A stretch of DNA of 64,000 nt. It comes from Mobula hypostoma (taxonomy: Eukaryota). Location: positions 186,994,001 through 187,058,000 of the forward strand of contig NC_086097.1 of NCBI RefSeq assembly GCF_963921235.1, in the 5' to 3' direction. Under the pieces are notes generated by a model. That model did no database searches and had not been told where the DNA came from. It worked only from the letters and a program-made list of their open reading frames with translations. Shown piece by piece: positions 12,901 through 27,900 of the stretch; position 1 is the stretch's first letter, and every line of letters begins with the position of its first letter. The translations under genes and the position numbers were made by a program.

Positions 12901-15900
12901 CTCATGTAGAACTTCTCAGCTGAGGTACACTAAGATCTGAACACATCCCCCCCCCCCAATCTTCATTCAACTTTTGTTCTCAACAATAGCAGAATTTCAC
13001 CTAGTTGTGTGAACGATCATTTGATCACTGGGTTTATAATGCTGTTTCTGCAGTAAGCATCCTAGATTATTCTCAAGGTATGAAAATGGCTTATTAAAAT
13101 AACCTCATCATAAATTTATACAATAATTTTATCCTTTAATTTTAGTTAAAACAAACAAGAAAAACTACAGTTTTTAAAATTACAATCTGGTGCATGCTGT
13201 TTTCCTCCCCTACTTCCACCATCCATTGTTAAGTGCAAAGCAATTTTTTTTTTTGTAAAAACACATACTTAGTGTAGAGCATTTATTTATTACCTGCACT
13301 GGTATATTGAGTGTCTTCAGATCTCCATTTACCTTTTCATATGATGCAGAGAAGTTGTCTGAGGCACAATTCCCCTACAATTATAAATATTAAAACATTC
13401 TTGTTTGCGTTTAGGTCTCTCTTATGCATGTTGCAACTATTTTTCATTCATAGCTTTAGTATGTACATAACTGCTCTTACCCTGCTCCAGTCCATTCCAG
13501 TATTGATTACTCTAGGTATGAAGCAGAACTTCTTAATAACAGTCTAAGATTTTGCTTCTTCACACATTAACACATCTAGTTGTGGGTATCAAAGCTGTGC
13601 AATTCCTGAACTTCTGTTACTATTAAATGCAAAACTTCAAGTGTGGTCTGACTAGGTTTATTTTGATATAACTGCATCTACAGTGCAGATTAAGTGCAAT
13701 GCAATCTAAGTGCTCCATCACTGTTTAGGCTGTGTAATTAAGCATTCAAATGGTTTTGTTCAAATCTGTATTTTTAGTTTTCTAATTCCACATGGAATTA
13801 TGTTGATTCCAAGACTGGATTGAATCAATTGCTTTTAAAACTATGACAGAAGTTTGTCTTTGCAATCCCTCCCTATTGCCATATTTCTCAATAGGCCTCC
13901 ATCTGCTTCTTTTACCAATCAGGAGGCTATATTTACACTGCTGTATGCATTGCACAGTATTAATTTAATGAAAACGTGCTGCCCAACTGATTGAGATGTA
14001 CATTATAATCATTGTAAAAACTAATCATTACTTCCTAAATCTTGGTGTTCATCATAGCTAACCAATAGAATTAAATTAAGGAGCACTCACTTTGGCTCGT
14101 TTGAGATACAAAACATCCTCAAGTAGAGTCAATTCATTAAAGGTTCGAACCACTGGTTCCAATTCTATGAGGCACTCTGCGTAAACAAACAAGCATTATT
14201 TCAATGATTATTCGTTTTGTTTTAAATTCATCCCTGTACCTAAACCAATGTATTTATAGTACATGATAACACAGATGTAGGACAGAAGTTCTGCAAAGTT
14301 GCTTAAGTTCAACATTATTCATACAATCAGCCAAGCTAACACGGAACATCTTATTAGTGGCCCAGATCTTTGGATGGCTGTGTGGAGAACGATAATGCTA
14401 CACAGCACTGTAGCCACTAATCAGATGCTTAAAACCAATCTAGTCTACATATTTTTTGACATTTTAGTGCAATGACATATTGTAAACTAATTTTAGAATG
14501 TCAAGCATAAATTACTTAGGAAATATTTTCTTTGAATGTTTGCATTAGCTTTCTGAAAAAAAAACACACTGCCTAAAAGCCCAATTTGCTCAAAATTCAT
14601 TTCTCAGGTTAAATCAATCACTGAGAAGTTCCGGTGAATTGCATTGGTTTGCAAGGCTTTAGAATTACAGAGGAGGATAGGACTTCTTGAGTTGAGATTG
14701 TAAATTGGAGAAAGGCCAATTTTGACAGTATCAGAAGGTGCAGATTGGGATAGGTCATTTTCCGGTGAAGAGGTGCTTGGTAAGTAGGTGACTTTCAAAA
14801 GTGAAATATTGAAAATGCAGAATCCATATGTTCCTGTTAGAATAAAAGGCAGGGCTAAGAAGTTTAGCGAACCTCAGTTATCAAGAGATATTGAGTCCCT
14901 GGTAAAGAAAGAGACAAGTGTAGGCCATTAGAATCAAATGAGGTGCTTGAGGAGTACAAGTGGAATGCAAGAGAACATTTAAGGGAGGGCTAAAAGAGGG
15001 CACAAGATTACTCACAGACAAAATGAAACCGAATCCTAAGGTTTATATAGCTATATTACGAGCAAACGGCTAGCAAGGGACAAAACTGGTACACTTGAAA
15101 ATCAGTAGCACCATCAATGCATGGAGCCAAAAGAGATGAGAGAGATTTTTAAAAGAATTTTTTGCATCTATATTTACTCAGGAGACAGTCTCAGACTATA
15201 GAACTGAGGTAAAAAGGTAGTGAGGTTATGAGATTACAGAAGAGAAGGCGCTGGAAGTCTTGAGGTGAATTAGGGTGGATAATTCCATGATAAAGTGTCC
15301 CTTTGGAGGCTAGTTCAGATGCTGTAGAGGGCCTGGCAGAGATATGTAAAACACAGGTGAGGTGTAGGAGGACTGGAGCATAGTTAATGTTGTTCCATTG
15401 TTCAAGAAAATGCCCAAGAATAATCCAGGAATTTATAGTCTATTAAACCATCTGTCAGTCATGGTAAATTATTGGAAGGCATTTGAAAGGAGAGCATATG
15501 TAAGTATTTGGATTAACAAGGTCTAATTAGGAATAGTCAGCATGGCTTTGTGTGATAGGGCATAGAGCACTACAGCACAGAAATTGGCCCTTTGGCCCAT
15601 CTAGTTCATGCTGAACCATTGATCTGCCTAGTCCCATTGACCTGCACCTGGACCATAGCCCTCCCTACACTTCCCATCTATGTACCTAAATTCCTCTTGA
15701 ATGGTGAAATCTTCCTAGCTACCACCTCTTGCGCTGGCAGCTCGTCCACACTCTCACCACCCTCTGAGTGAAGAAGCTCCCCCTCATGTTGAAGTTGTAC
15801 AAGATATTGGTGAGACTGAATTTAGAGTATTGTGTGCAGTTCTGGTCACTAAACTGCAAGAAAGAAAGACGCTTAAGAGGTGGAGGAAAATTTACAATGA

Positions 15901-18900
15901 TGTTGCTGGGACTTAAGGAGTTTATAGGAAAGGGTTAAGTAGGTTAGTACTTTATTCCCTGGAGTGCAGGAGAATGAGGGGAGATCTTATACAGGGATAC
16001 AAAACTATGAAGGTGTATATAGGGTGAATGCATGTAGGCTCTTTCCCTTCAGGTTGGGAGAGACTAGAACTAGAGGTCCTAGGTTTAGAGTGAAAGAAGG
16101 CAGTGTGGAGTGATGATGGCATTAAACGGTGATTCCTTTGCTTGCATCTTCGGAAACAGCTCTATTTCCATCTTTAATATCTTTATTTTTCCCTTTCGGG
16201 GTTCTTTTGAAGACCCTGACCTGGAGTTACATGCTGACTACAGTTCTTTGCGGGAATGGGACTCGCTCTCAGGGTTTCATAACCGGCTGTTGTTGTTTGG
16301 TATGCCAAGGGCTCGGCCTAAGAGTCCAGCTTGGATTTGGAAGCTTAGGATCTCGGGGCTCTGAAGATAGGCGGATCAAGGGTCGGTGTCACGACAGGAG
16401 ACCCCTTGTATCATTGGGGAAGTTGGAATATCTGTTGTTGTGTGTCTAGATCTTTGGGCACAGAGCTCGAAAAAAGTGATGTAGTGGACTTTTAACATCG
16501 TAAACCAGCAAGTTGTTTATTATGTCTCTCGCTCGCTGAGAAAATGGAAACACCTCTTTCTCCCTTATTAAGGAGAGAGAGAGAGCCTGTGGTATGTTGA
16601 ATACCGGGTGAAACGCGAAGTCTTTGGGGTAACTACAAGTCTGTTGCTTTGCTCACACTTGAGTGTTTGTAGTGGGTGCAGATACTTTTTTTGCTAGTGG
16701 GGGGAGGGGGATTGTAGCTTTCTGTCACTTAGGTGCAGGACGGGGGACTTTGGAGTTCTAACATATAACTGTCGGTCATTCTTTGGGGCACTCCTCTGTT
16801 TTCGTGGATGGTTGCAAAGGAAAAGCATTTCAGGATGTATATTGTATACATTTCTCTGACATTAAATTGTACCTTTGAAACCTTTGAAGGTGAAATATTT
16901 GAGAGGAAACTGAGAGGAAACCTCTTCACTCAGAGGATGATGCAGGTGTGGAAGGAGCAGTCAGTGAAGTGGTCGATGTGGGATCAATTGTAACACTTAA
17001 GAGAAGTTTGAATCGAGGAGGGGTTTGAAGGAATATAGCTTGTGTGCAGGTAGAAGTGACTAGGCAGAAAATCAGGTTGTTATGGACTAGATAGGACAAA
17101 GGGCCTGTTTCTGTCCTATAGTACTCTATGAATCAATAAAAGCATAATTAGAATGAGAATCAAATGTATCCATTTGCTGCAGTCAGCAAATGCAGTAATG
17201 CTTTAATTGACTGAGTTTTTAAATCCATATTTTCATGATGTTGGTAAAGGAGGAGGTGTTTGCATATTTTTTATATCTACAGACCCAGATGCTAGGTATG
17301 AACTTATATTTACATTCAAGGGGATACCGCAGACAGAAGTTGCTTCTCTTATTCATATTGGACTGTTGTCTAATACAGAGGTTCATACAGAGAAAAAGGC
17401 TTATTTTGTAGCTGTGATGCAATCTGATCGAAGATTGCAACACTGAGGGTTAACTATCCTTTCATAGAAAGGACTGACGTGGAGAACAGAGTGCGGGAAT
17501 AATTCTGGGTTTTTTAAAAATATTTCATTTTTTTTTTAAATGAGGCAGAAATGATGGAAGCAGGAAGATATTGAAAATGAAAAAGACCTGGTAGTAATTC
17601 GATGTTCGAACTATGTTATCATGTTGGTTTATTACCTGCAGTATGACGTAAAATTATAAATCTGGTGTTGCTACTTTGGTGACTGGGGAAGTTACCATAT
17701 GCAGCTCAGGTTTGCGATAGGGTCAGGATACCAAACAGTTCATCTAAAATAAGGGCTCCAAAACCGGGGTCCACAGACCCTTCAGTTAATGGTAAGGATC
17801 CATGGCATAAAGAAGGGTTGGAATCCCTGGTCCAAAATGAGGTTATGAATCAAAGGATCTTGAGGAAAAGCTTCCAATATTTTTCAGTGGTTGAGGACTG
17901 GCCTTTCAGACAGCAGATAAGGAACTAGAATGAGGGAGTTTTAAAAAAGAAATTAAAACATGGGTCGTTGAGATGGAGGTGAGGCAGTTTGGCTTGTGAT
18001 CCACTCCTCAGGTGCTGCAACGTGAATGGGCTGGACTTGTGTTATAGTGCTAGGAAAGTAACTTCTGAAGGATTTGCTTTCGGTTCCTGTTGGCAAAGAG
18101 TTGTGACCTCCAATCAAGTGTCCAGTGATACAACCTTAAAGAGCTGGTGAAAACAAATTAATCCCACTGAACTGACCATTGTAATCATGACATAAATGAA
18201 TCTGGAAATGATCACTGCAAGTTATTAAAACTTATATCAGATCCACCTTTTGGAATCATTTGGATTACTGCAGTTATCTTTGAAATCCATATGCATCACA
18301 CTTATAACAACTTACTAATAAAGGAAGGGCGTTCATGAGGGTTTTGAGACCAGCCACTTGTCATCAAATCGAGCAGAATTTCACGGCTGGGGATGTCCAA
18401 TGGTAAACTTTCCTCACTGGTGTCAGGTCTGGTACCTCGCAGTACACTAAACATCACCTGTACTGGGTTTGTAGCATCTGCGAAAGGACAGAGGATGCAA
18501 ATGAGAAACTATGTATAAAACAAACAAAATCTACTTCTTGTCAATCAAAATGTTGCGATTTAAGGTTTTAACCAAAGGAAAATATTTTGTTTAGAAGTTA
18601 ATCATGAAATGTACAAATGAGCTTTTTGGAAAATTAACTACAAAGATACTGTACTGAATTCTAAGTTCGTTACTGTGGTGACCAGACAAGTATTATTCCA
18701 TGCATTTTCATTTCATTTTAGATGATAAACAACTTAATTTAGTATTCAGAAATAGCATATTAATGTTGTGGAAAATAATTTGAGTCTGCTATTGCGCCTG
18801 ATAGGTGTGGGTATACCCACAATGCTAAAGGACTGCAACAGTTCAAGAGGGCAGCTCACCATCACCTTAAGGGCAATTGGGGATGGACAATTAAATGCCA

Positions 18901-21900
18901 TCTCAGCTCACAAAGTCCACATCCTTTGAATATATACAAAATGTTTTTGTGATTTTTTTTTCTTTTGGCCTAATATATATCATCAGTATGTGTCTTGTCG
19001 TATGACATGGGTGATCATAGTCTTCCATCTCCCTTTCATTTGAGAAGTTCTGATAAACTTTTCAAAACTTTTGCCTCGATGTAACTCATGAATGTTATGC
19101 TTTGTCAACTGCAACTTTTTTTTCCGTCAATTTTTCCTGTCACTGCAAGATGTCCGAACTTCTCTTTCCTCAGTACATGTCCCAGAGATTCCAGTTGCCA
19201 TTTCTTGGTCGATGCTATCAGCTCTCTTCTTATTCCTGCTTTTCGCAACACTTCCTCATTTGTTCTCTATCCTTCCTCGGTACTTTCATCATTCTTCTCA
19301 AAAAACACATTTCTGCACCTTCAAGTCTTCCCCCAGTTTGCTTTGATATTGTTCAAGATTCACTTCTATATATTAGTCTGGAATGAATGTAGCACCACAA
19401 CACTCTGAGTTTCATGCCTGTAGAAAATATGCTATTCTTTAGTATCTTGCTCAAACGTGCATTTAGCAATCCCAATCCTTCTTCTAATTTCAACATCTGC
19501 CCTACCGTCAGATGTTATCGTGAACCTTAAGTAATTGAACTTCCGTGTTTGTTTAATTGTTTCGTGCCCACTTTCAGTTCAGGTTTCTGTATTTCTTTCT
19601 TGTTTGTGACAACGTACGTTTAGTCTTCTTGCAGTTGATGGTCAATCCTCTCTTTGCACTTTCTTCAACAACAGTACTTGGAGCTTCTCTATAGAAGTAG
19701 CTATCAGCACTGTGTCATCTACATAGCACAGGTTGTTCAAATTGTTTCCACCATTTATCATGCCTGGAATACTACTAATTTCTCTTAGAATCTTCTCCCA
19801 ATAGAGGTTGAATACATCAGGTTGAAAACATACAGACACTGAATGACTGTTATTTATGTAATGCCTTCATATATTTTTAAAATACTTCTCTTTTTTTTTA
19901 ATCATAGCCTTGGCAAAAAAAAGTTGCTGTTATAAGGAAATATGGCAACTGATATGTGTAGCAATAGAACCAGAACATTTTGCAAGTGTTCAATGGATCA
20001 AGCAAGGACTGAAATATTTCTAGTTTTATCTCCTCAGTTGCTTCTTCTCTGCAGATAGTTTCAAACAATTTTCTATTTTCACATCAGATGTTCATCGAAC
20101 TCAATACTTATTCGTACTCCACAAGATGCTACAAAAAGCATCTAAATAAACTATTACTCATTCTGTACTGCTGAAGCTCAGTGAGGGAAAACATTAAGCC
20201 TTATCACTGAAGGAACTGTGCTGTGATTTTCAAATAATACATTAGGATATTTATCTTCATCTGGGAGTGCAATAGAGCTTCCAATTCCAATCATTCCCAA
20301 AACAATGCACTTTTGAACTGCAGCCCTCCTTTAAGGCTATACCAAAGTGTCATATTTCTGGTGTTGAACTTTAATGCAGACTTTCAGAAATGCTTTAGTA
20401 TAGATCCGTATCTGGCGAACAAATGTTGATTGGAAGTAAAATGTTTGGCTTTGAAATGTATGTGTTTGTATTTATTTCATTTTTTTTAAAAGAGAAATTG
20501 ACATGGTCTGAAATTAAAACCACATGAGAACTTGCCTTCAAATGGTTGTTTCCTCGAGAGAACTTCCCACATTATTATTGCATAGCTATAAAGGAAACAA
20601 AATACATTTATACATTTGTGATCTATTAACATGACAAACCATATTCATTGTTGAGGCTTCAAGTTGCACTACACCAAGTTGCTTGAAGCAACATGCAGCA
20701 TTACAGTAGAACACTTTCACAAATAACTCACTTTAGAATTTTACTCTCACTTTTCCAATACATACTTTAACATAATATTTCAGATACTAGAGAAAAGGGA
20801 ACACAATAACTTGCAGTTTGTTAATAAACAGGAAATATTGTAAAAATCCTGACAAGGATACTTCCAGTTATGTCATAATATGAGAGGGAACTTGATGAAG
20901 GTCATAGTGATAGTCATACTTTATTGATCCCGGGGGAAATTGGTTTTTGTTATAGTTGAACCATAAATAATAAATAGTAATAAAACCATAAATAGTTAAA
21001 TAGTAATATGTAAATTATGCCAGTAAGTTATGAAATAAGTCCAGGACCAGCCTATTGGCTCAGGGTGTCTGACCCTCCAAGGGAGGAGTTGTAAAGTTTG
21101 ATGGCCACAGGCAGGAATGACTTCCTATGACGCTCTGTGTTGCATCTCGGTGGAATGAGTCTCCGGCTGAATGTACTCCTGTGCCCACCCAGTACATTAT
21201 GTAGTGGATGGGAAACATTGTGCAAGATGGCATGCAACTTGGACAGCATCCTCTTTTCAGACACCACCATCAGAGAGTCCAGTTCCATCCCCACAACATC
21301 ACTGGCCTTACGAATGAGTTTGTTGATTCTGTTGGTGTCTGCTACCCTCAGCCTGCTGCCCCAGCACACAACAGCAAACATGATAGCACTGGCCACCACA
21401 GACTCGTAGAACATCCTCAGCATCGTCCGGCAGATGTTAAAGGACCTCAGTCTCCTCAGAAAATAGAGACGGCTCTGACCCTTCTGACGCTTGAGGACAA
21501 TATGAGGACAATATGAGTGAGGTTGATGTTCTGGAGCATGTTGATATTAAGGGAGAGGAGGTGTTGGAGTTGTTAAAATACATTAGGACGGATAAGTCCC
21601 CGGGGCCTGACGAAATATTCCCCAGGCTGCTCCCCGAGGCGAGGGAAGAGATTGCTGAGCCTCTGGCTAGGATCTTTATGTCCTCGTTGTCCACGAGAGT
21701 GGTACTGGAGGATTGGTGGGAGGTGAATTTTGTCCCCTTGTTCAAAAAAGGTAGTAGGGATAGTCTGGTTAATTATAGACCAGTGAGCCTTACGTCTGTG
21801 GTGGGAAGGCTGCTGGAAAAGATTCTTAGAGATAGGATCTATGGGCATTTAGAGGATTATGGTCTGATCAAGAACAGTCAGCATGGCTTTGTGAAGGGCA

Positions 21901-24900
21901 GATCGTGTATAACAAGTCTGATAGAGTTATCTGAGGAGGTGACCAGGCATATAGATGAGGGTAGTGCAGTGGATATGATCTACATGGATTTTAGTAAGGC
22001 ATTTGACAAGGTTCCACACGGTAGGCTTATTCAGAAAGTCAGAAGGCATGGGATCCAGGGGAGCTTGGCCAGCTGGATTCAGAATTGGCTTGCCTGCAGA
22101 AAGCAGAGGGTCATGGTGGAGGGTTGGAGGGTCGTGACTAGTGGTGTCCCACAAGGATCGGTTCTGGGACCTCTAATTTTCGTGATTTTTATTAATGACC
22201 TGGATGTGGGGGTGGGTAGATAGATAGATAGATATACTTTATTAATCCCAAGGGAAATTTGGTTTTGTTACAGCCGCACCAACCAAGAATAGAGCATAAA
22301 TTTAGCAATACAAAAAACCCCAACAATCAAACAACAAAATGCAAACTATGCCAGATGGAAAATAAGTCCAGGGCTAGTCTATAGGCTCAGGGTGTCTGAC
22401 CCTCCTTGGGAGGAGCTGCACGTTCGGTGGGTTGCCAAGTTTGCAGATGACACAAAGGTTGGTGGTGTTGTGGATAGTGTAGAGGATTGTCGAAGATTGC
22501 AGAGAGACATTGATAGGATGCAGAAGTGGGCTGAGAAGTGGCAGATGGAGTTCAACCCAGAGAAGTGTGAGGTGGTACACTTTGGAAGGACAAACTCCAA
22601 GGCAGAATACAAAGTAAATGGCAGGATACTTGGAAGTGTGGAGGAGCAAAAGGATCTGGGGGTACATGTCCACAGATCCCTGCAAGTTGCCTCACAGGTA
22701 GATAGGGTAGTTAAGAAAGCTTATGGAGTGTTAGCTTTCATAAGTCGAGCGATAGAGTTTAAGAGTTGCGGGGTAATGATGCAGCTCTATAAAACTCTGG
22801 TTAGGCCACACTTGGTGTACTGTGTCCAGTTCTGGTCACCTCACTATAGGAAGGATGTGGAAGCACTGGAAAGGGTACAGAGGAGATTTACCAGGATGCT
22901 GCCTGGTTTAGAGAGTATGCATTATGATCAGAGATTAAGGGAGCTAGGGCCTTACTCTTTGGAGAGAAGGAGGATGAGAGGAGCCATGATAGAGGTGTAC
23001 AAGATAATAAGAGGAATAGATAGAGTGGATAGCCAGCGCCTCTTCCCCAGGGCACCACTGCTCAATACAAGAGAACATGGCTTTAAGGTAAAGGGTGGAA
23101 AGTTCAAGGGGGATATTAGAGCAAGGTTTTTTTACTCAGAGAGTGGATGGTGCGTGGAATGCACTGCCTGAGTCAGTGGTGGAGACAGATACACTCGTGA
23201 AATTTAAAAGACTACTAGACAGGTATATGGAGGAATTTAAGTTGGGGGTTATATGGGAGGCAGGGTTTAAGGTTGGCACAACATTGTGGTCCGAAGGGCC
23301 TGTACTGTACTGTACTGTTCTATGTTCTATGTTTATATCAGGATGGATGGAGGGTAATGCTATATTTCTCAGCCTGGAAAGTAGGTACAAGAAACGGCAA
23401 TATATTTAATTAACACATCCAAATGTATTCTAATACAGGCAGCAATCAAGTTAGCTTTGATCATGCCCTTCAGTGGCTAAATTTTCAGAACACCACCAAT
23501 TAGAGCTAATCTGCATTTGCTGAAGCTTTCAGACTGCTCCTAAAGCTAAGGTGCATTGAGGATGGAACACTCTTGGAAAATATTCTACAGCTGAATGAGA
23601 TCTGGAAATGAGCAAAATAGCAAGAGTAAGCTCCAAGATTTTCAGATAGAGCTTTTGTTGGAGGAATTGGCTGGATGTCCTGTCACCTCTAGGGATTAGA
23701 AGCCACTCTCCCACATTCTCTCACAAAGAAGAGGAAGAAAGTAGTTATGGCAAAATTATACTCAAGAATGCAGATTCAGTGCCAGATATTGAATGGCTTC
23801 CTGAATGGTCAGCATAGGTGAATACCCATCTATCTGCTAGATTGTAGTAACAACACCATTTGATTCTAACAATGATCAATACAGCACATCCTCTTGAATT
23901 ATCTTCAATGTCTATTACCCAGATCATCTACCCATTGATTTTAAGCAGCTTTGCCCCCTCATATACACTATTTAGAGTCATAAGGTAAGGCAACACAAAA
24001 ACAGGCTGTTCAGCCTGTCTAGGGCAACCAGAACTGTTATTCTTCCTAGTCCCATCGATCTGCACCTGGACCATAGCTCTCCATACATCTCCCATCCATG
24101 TAACTATCTAACTATCTTTTAAATGGTGCTATCTAACCTTCATCCATCATTTCTGTCAGCAGCTCATTCCACACTCTAACTATCCTCTGAAGAAGTTCAA
24201 CCCTCAAGTTCCCCTTAAATATTTCACTCATCAACCTTAAACTATGATCTCTAGTTCTAAAGAAAGTGGGATTGAAAGAAGGAGAAAGGATGCCACAGAC
24301 ACCAGTTTACCAGAGGGAAGAGTTGCTAGTACAGTGTTAGGGGTGATTAAGGAGGATAGCTGATGGGTGATTGCCCCCCTCAGCCAGGGGGGTACCAGGT
24401 ACAGAACTAAGACCATGGTTACGTGTGGTACACATACCTAACTTAATGGAAACACTAGTGAATTCATGGGTGACGGGGTGGCGATTCATCTCAATCAAAT
24501 AATCTGTGAGGCACACCTTCCCTCTGCTAGCCTGCAGGTCACCCTTGGGCAAGGTGCAACATCTGCTTGGCCCCCGATCAGGGTCACATGAAGCTACGGG
24601 AGCAGGTGGAGGATGGTCATGAGTAACTGGTGCACATCACAAGACTCAGTCATGCGACCACTGACGCCAAGCAGACAATCCCTGAAGAGTATTGATAATG
24701 GCTGGGGTCACCTGTCTTATAATGACACTGCCTAGAGAAAGACAAATAAAACTGCTTCTGCAGAGAAATTTGCTAAGAATAATCAGGGTCATAAAACCAT
24801 GATCACCTACGCCATATGAGATGGCACACGATGATAAGTGAATTCAACTAGGCTGCAGCCTCTAGAAGCAGATGTTACAGTTTCCAGTTTGCACCGTAGG

Positions 24901-27900
24901 GCAAGTACCAGGCAGTGAATGCCCAGCACTGCAATGGAATGTGGAATCTGCCACCACAAAACGTTAGCGTCTCAGGCAGACTGCCACTTGAATGGGTTCT
25001 TGACAGTCCATGCACAAAATGCTGGAGGAACTCTGCAGGCCAGACAGCATCTATGGAAAAGAGTGAACAGTCTTTTTCCAGACAAGACCCTTCATCATCA
25101 GTCCCATGTGTGTTTCTTAGATTTCCAGCTTCTGCAGACTTTCTCTTGTTTGTGAAAGAATATACCAATTAACATGATCACGGCTGATCTGCTGCAGGTT
25201 TCAATTCCCCGCCTATTCTAATTACCAATAGCCCTGAAATCCCCAACCTTTCATAAAAAAATCTTTCTCCTCTTTTTAATACCTCCTGTGATTTAGTTTC
25301 CATAACCCCTGGGGTACAGAACTCCAGAGACTCAACACCCACTGCAAGAAGCAGTTCCTATGTACCTCAGTTTTAATGACCCCCTCCCATTCCACTAGAC
25401 CCCCACTCCTGCCGAACGGTTTCAGCCCAAAACGTTGACTGTATTCTTTTCGTAGATGCTGCCTGGCCTGCTGAGTTCCTCCAGCATTTTGTATGTGTTG
25501 CTTAGACTTGCAGCATCTGCAGGTTTTCTCTTGTTTGTCCACTATTAATTGCACTGTTTGAAACATCTTTAAAACTTGCTCTGACAGCATTGATGAATAC
25601 ACTGACAGAGTTAGCTCCTATATCAGCTTTTGTGAAGATGCCTGTATTCCCACTAAAACAATCACCAACTTCAGCTCTAATAAACCCTGGTTCAATGCAG
25701 AGCTTAAACAGTTGTGTCTGGAAAAGGAGGAGGCCTGTAGGACTGGGGAAAAAGTCCAAGAGAAGCCAATTAGACATGCCAAATACCAAATATTCAGTCA
25801 AACTAGAAAAGCAGTTTTCTGCATAATGACTGCTTTTTTTTCCAGTTTGGAAAGAGCTTTAGTTGATTACCAACTACAAAAAGAAGGCATCCCTCCATCC
25901 CCCAATGACTCCTCCTCCTAAACCACTTAAACCAGTTCTACTACAGGTTTGACAGATCACACTGCAAAGACATCCTCCAGGGCCCATTCAGCCAGTATAT
26001 CACCAATTCCCCACACCCTTTACTGTCAAAGAAGAAGTGGTGACAAAGCTGTTCAGGATACAAAATTACACTGGCCCAAACACTGTCTCCCCTGCCATCC
26101 TTAAACACTGCGCTAACCAGATATCTACAATCTTCAGAAACATTCTCAGCCTCTTAAACATCACTGTTCCAGCATGTTTCAAGAAATCAGTCTCAAAAAA
26201 AATTCAAAGATAACTGGGTTCAATGACTACAGACTGGTTACATTCAAATCAGCTATAATGAAGACTTTTGAAAGGTTGGTTATGCCATTTCTCAAATCCA
26301 TAACACCAAACTTTCTACACACGCTGACATTTGCCTATAGAGCCAACAGATTTGTAGATGATGCAGTTAACATCAGACTTGACTTTATACTACAGCTGGT
26401 CAAGATTCTCTGTCGAGTTCAGTTCAGCCTTCAACACCATCAACCCTGAGCTTCTGCAAGTGAAACTCTCCAAACTTCACATACCAGGTCCTATCTGCAG
26501 TTGGATCACAAACATCCTCTCTGACAGGAGGCAGTATGTGAGACTAGGAAAACACATTTGGATATTCCTCTGAGTCAGCACTGGTATACCATCATTGGTG
26601 TGTTGTCTCTCCTCTCCTATTCTTTCTGTGCACCAATGACTGAATCTCCAGTTATCCATCAGTTAAACTGATACAGCTCGCAGATGGCATCACTGTCATC
26701 AGAGGTAACAAATCCAAGTACCACCAGGAATCAAACATGTGCTGGTACAATCACAAGAGTTTGCAGCTGAATGCCCTCAAAGCCATGGAGATGCATATTG
26801 TCTTCAGGAGAAGTGTGTCTCCTCTCCACCCATTTATCATCAACAACTCTACAGTTAACACGGTTTCAACATTCAGGTTCTTGGGCATCATTATCTCTTC
26901 GTACCTCATGTAGGAGAACCACGTCTCCTCCATTAGCAAAAAGGCTGGGCAGAGGATGCACTTCTTGCGGCAGCTGGTAAAAGCCCATCTTCCCTAGAAC
27001 ATACTGGTGCAGTTCTACACTGGCATCATAGAGACCATTCTCACATCAACCATTCCTCTCTGGCTTGCTGCAACATACCCTCACAATATACAAAAACTAC
27101 GCTGTTATCAGAACATCAGAAAATGCCACTGGCTGCAGTCTACCATCTGTCCAGAACAAAGAAAAGGGCAGGAAGAATTATTGGTGATATTACCCACCCA
27201 GCAAACTGCCTTTTCTAACAGCTCCGCTCCATCTTGTAAGTCTCGTCCCTCAGGCAGTTAAGCTGATCAACCATTCTATTTTGCCTCATACCCCCACACC
27301 CACTATCTACCTCAGTCACTGAACCAAACACTTTAAACCACTTTTTATAAGCTATTTACATTGTAAATATGTGCTGTTATTTATGTATATTTTATTCCAT
27401 ATCTGTACATTTAACTTTATATAATTCCTTATTCTGTATATTGTTGAATGTTGTTTTTTTTTGTTCCATGTAGCACCGACAAACCAGAACAATTTCCTAA
27501 TACATATGAACGTATATGGTGAATTAAGTTGGTCCTTGATCCTCGAGCTGAGATGATTCCATTTTGATTTTGTCATGTCCCCCTTATGAAGTTAAATGTG
27601 ACAAGAGAATTTTTTACTTTATTTTATTTCGTTTACTTATACAGCATGGAATAGGCCCTTGCAGCCCTTCAAGCCACACCGCTGGCAATCCCCAACCACC
27701 CCAAATTAACGCCAACCTAATCACAGGACAACTTACAATGACCAATTAACCTACTTTGAATTGTGGAAAGGACCTGGAGCACACAGAAAAAATCCAAGCA
27801 TTCCTCATGGAGAATGTACTGAGAAAACCGGGATTGAACGCCAAACGCCAATGCCCTGAGCTGTAGGAGCATCATACTGACTGCTAGGCTACCATTCGGC

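Noticed and set aside
17207..17446. Overlapping short ORFs in intron 6 as an extra exon or nested gene
   Set aside because: No recognisable motif; exons 6 and 7 already join in phase.
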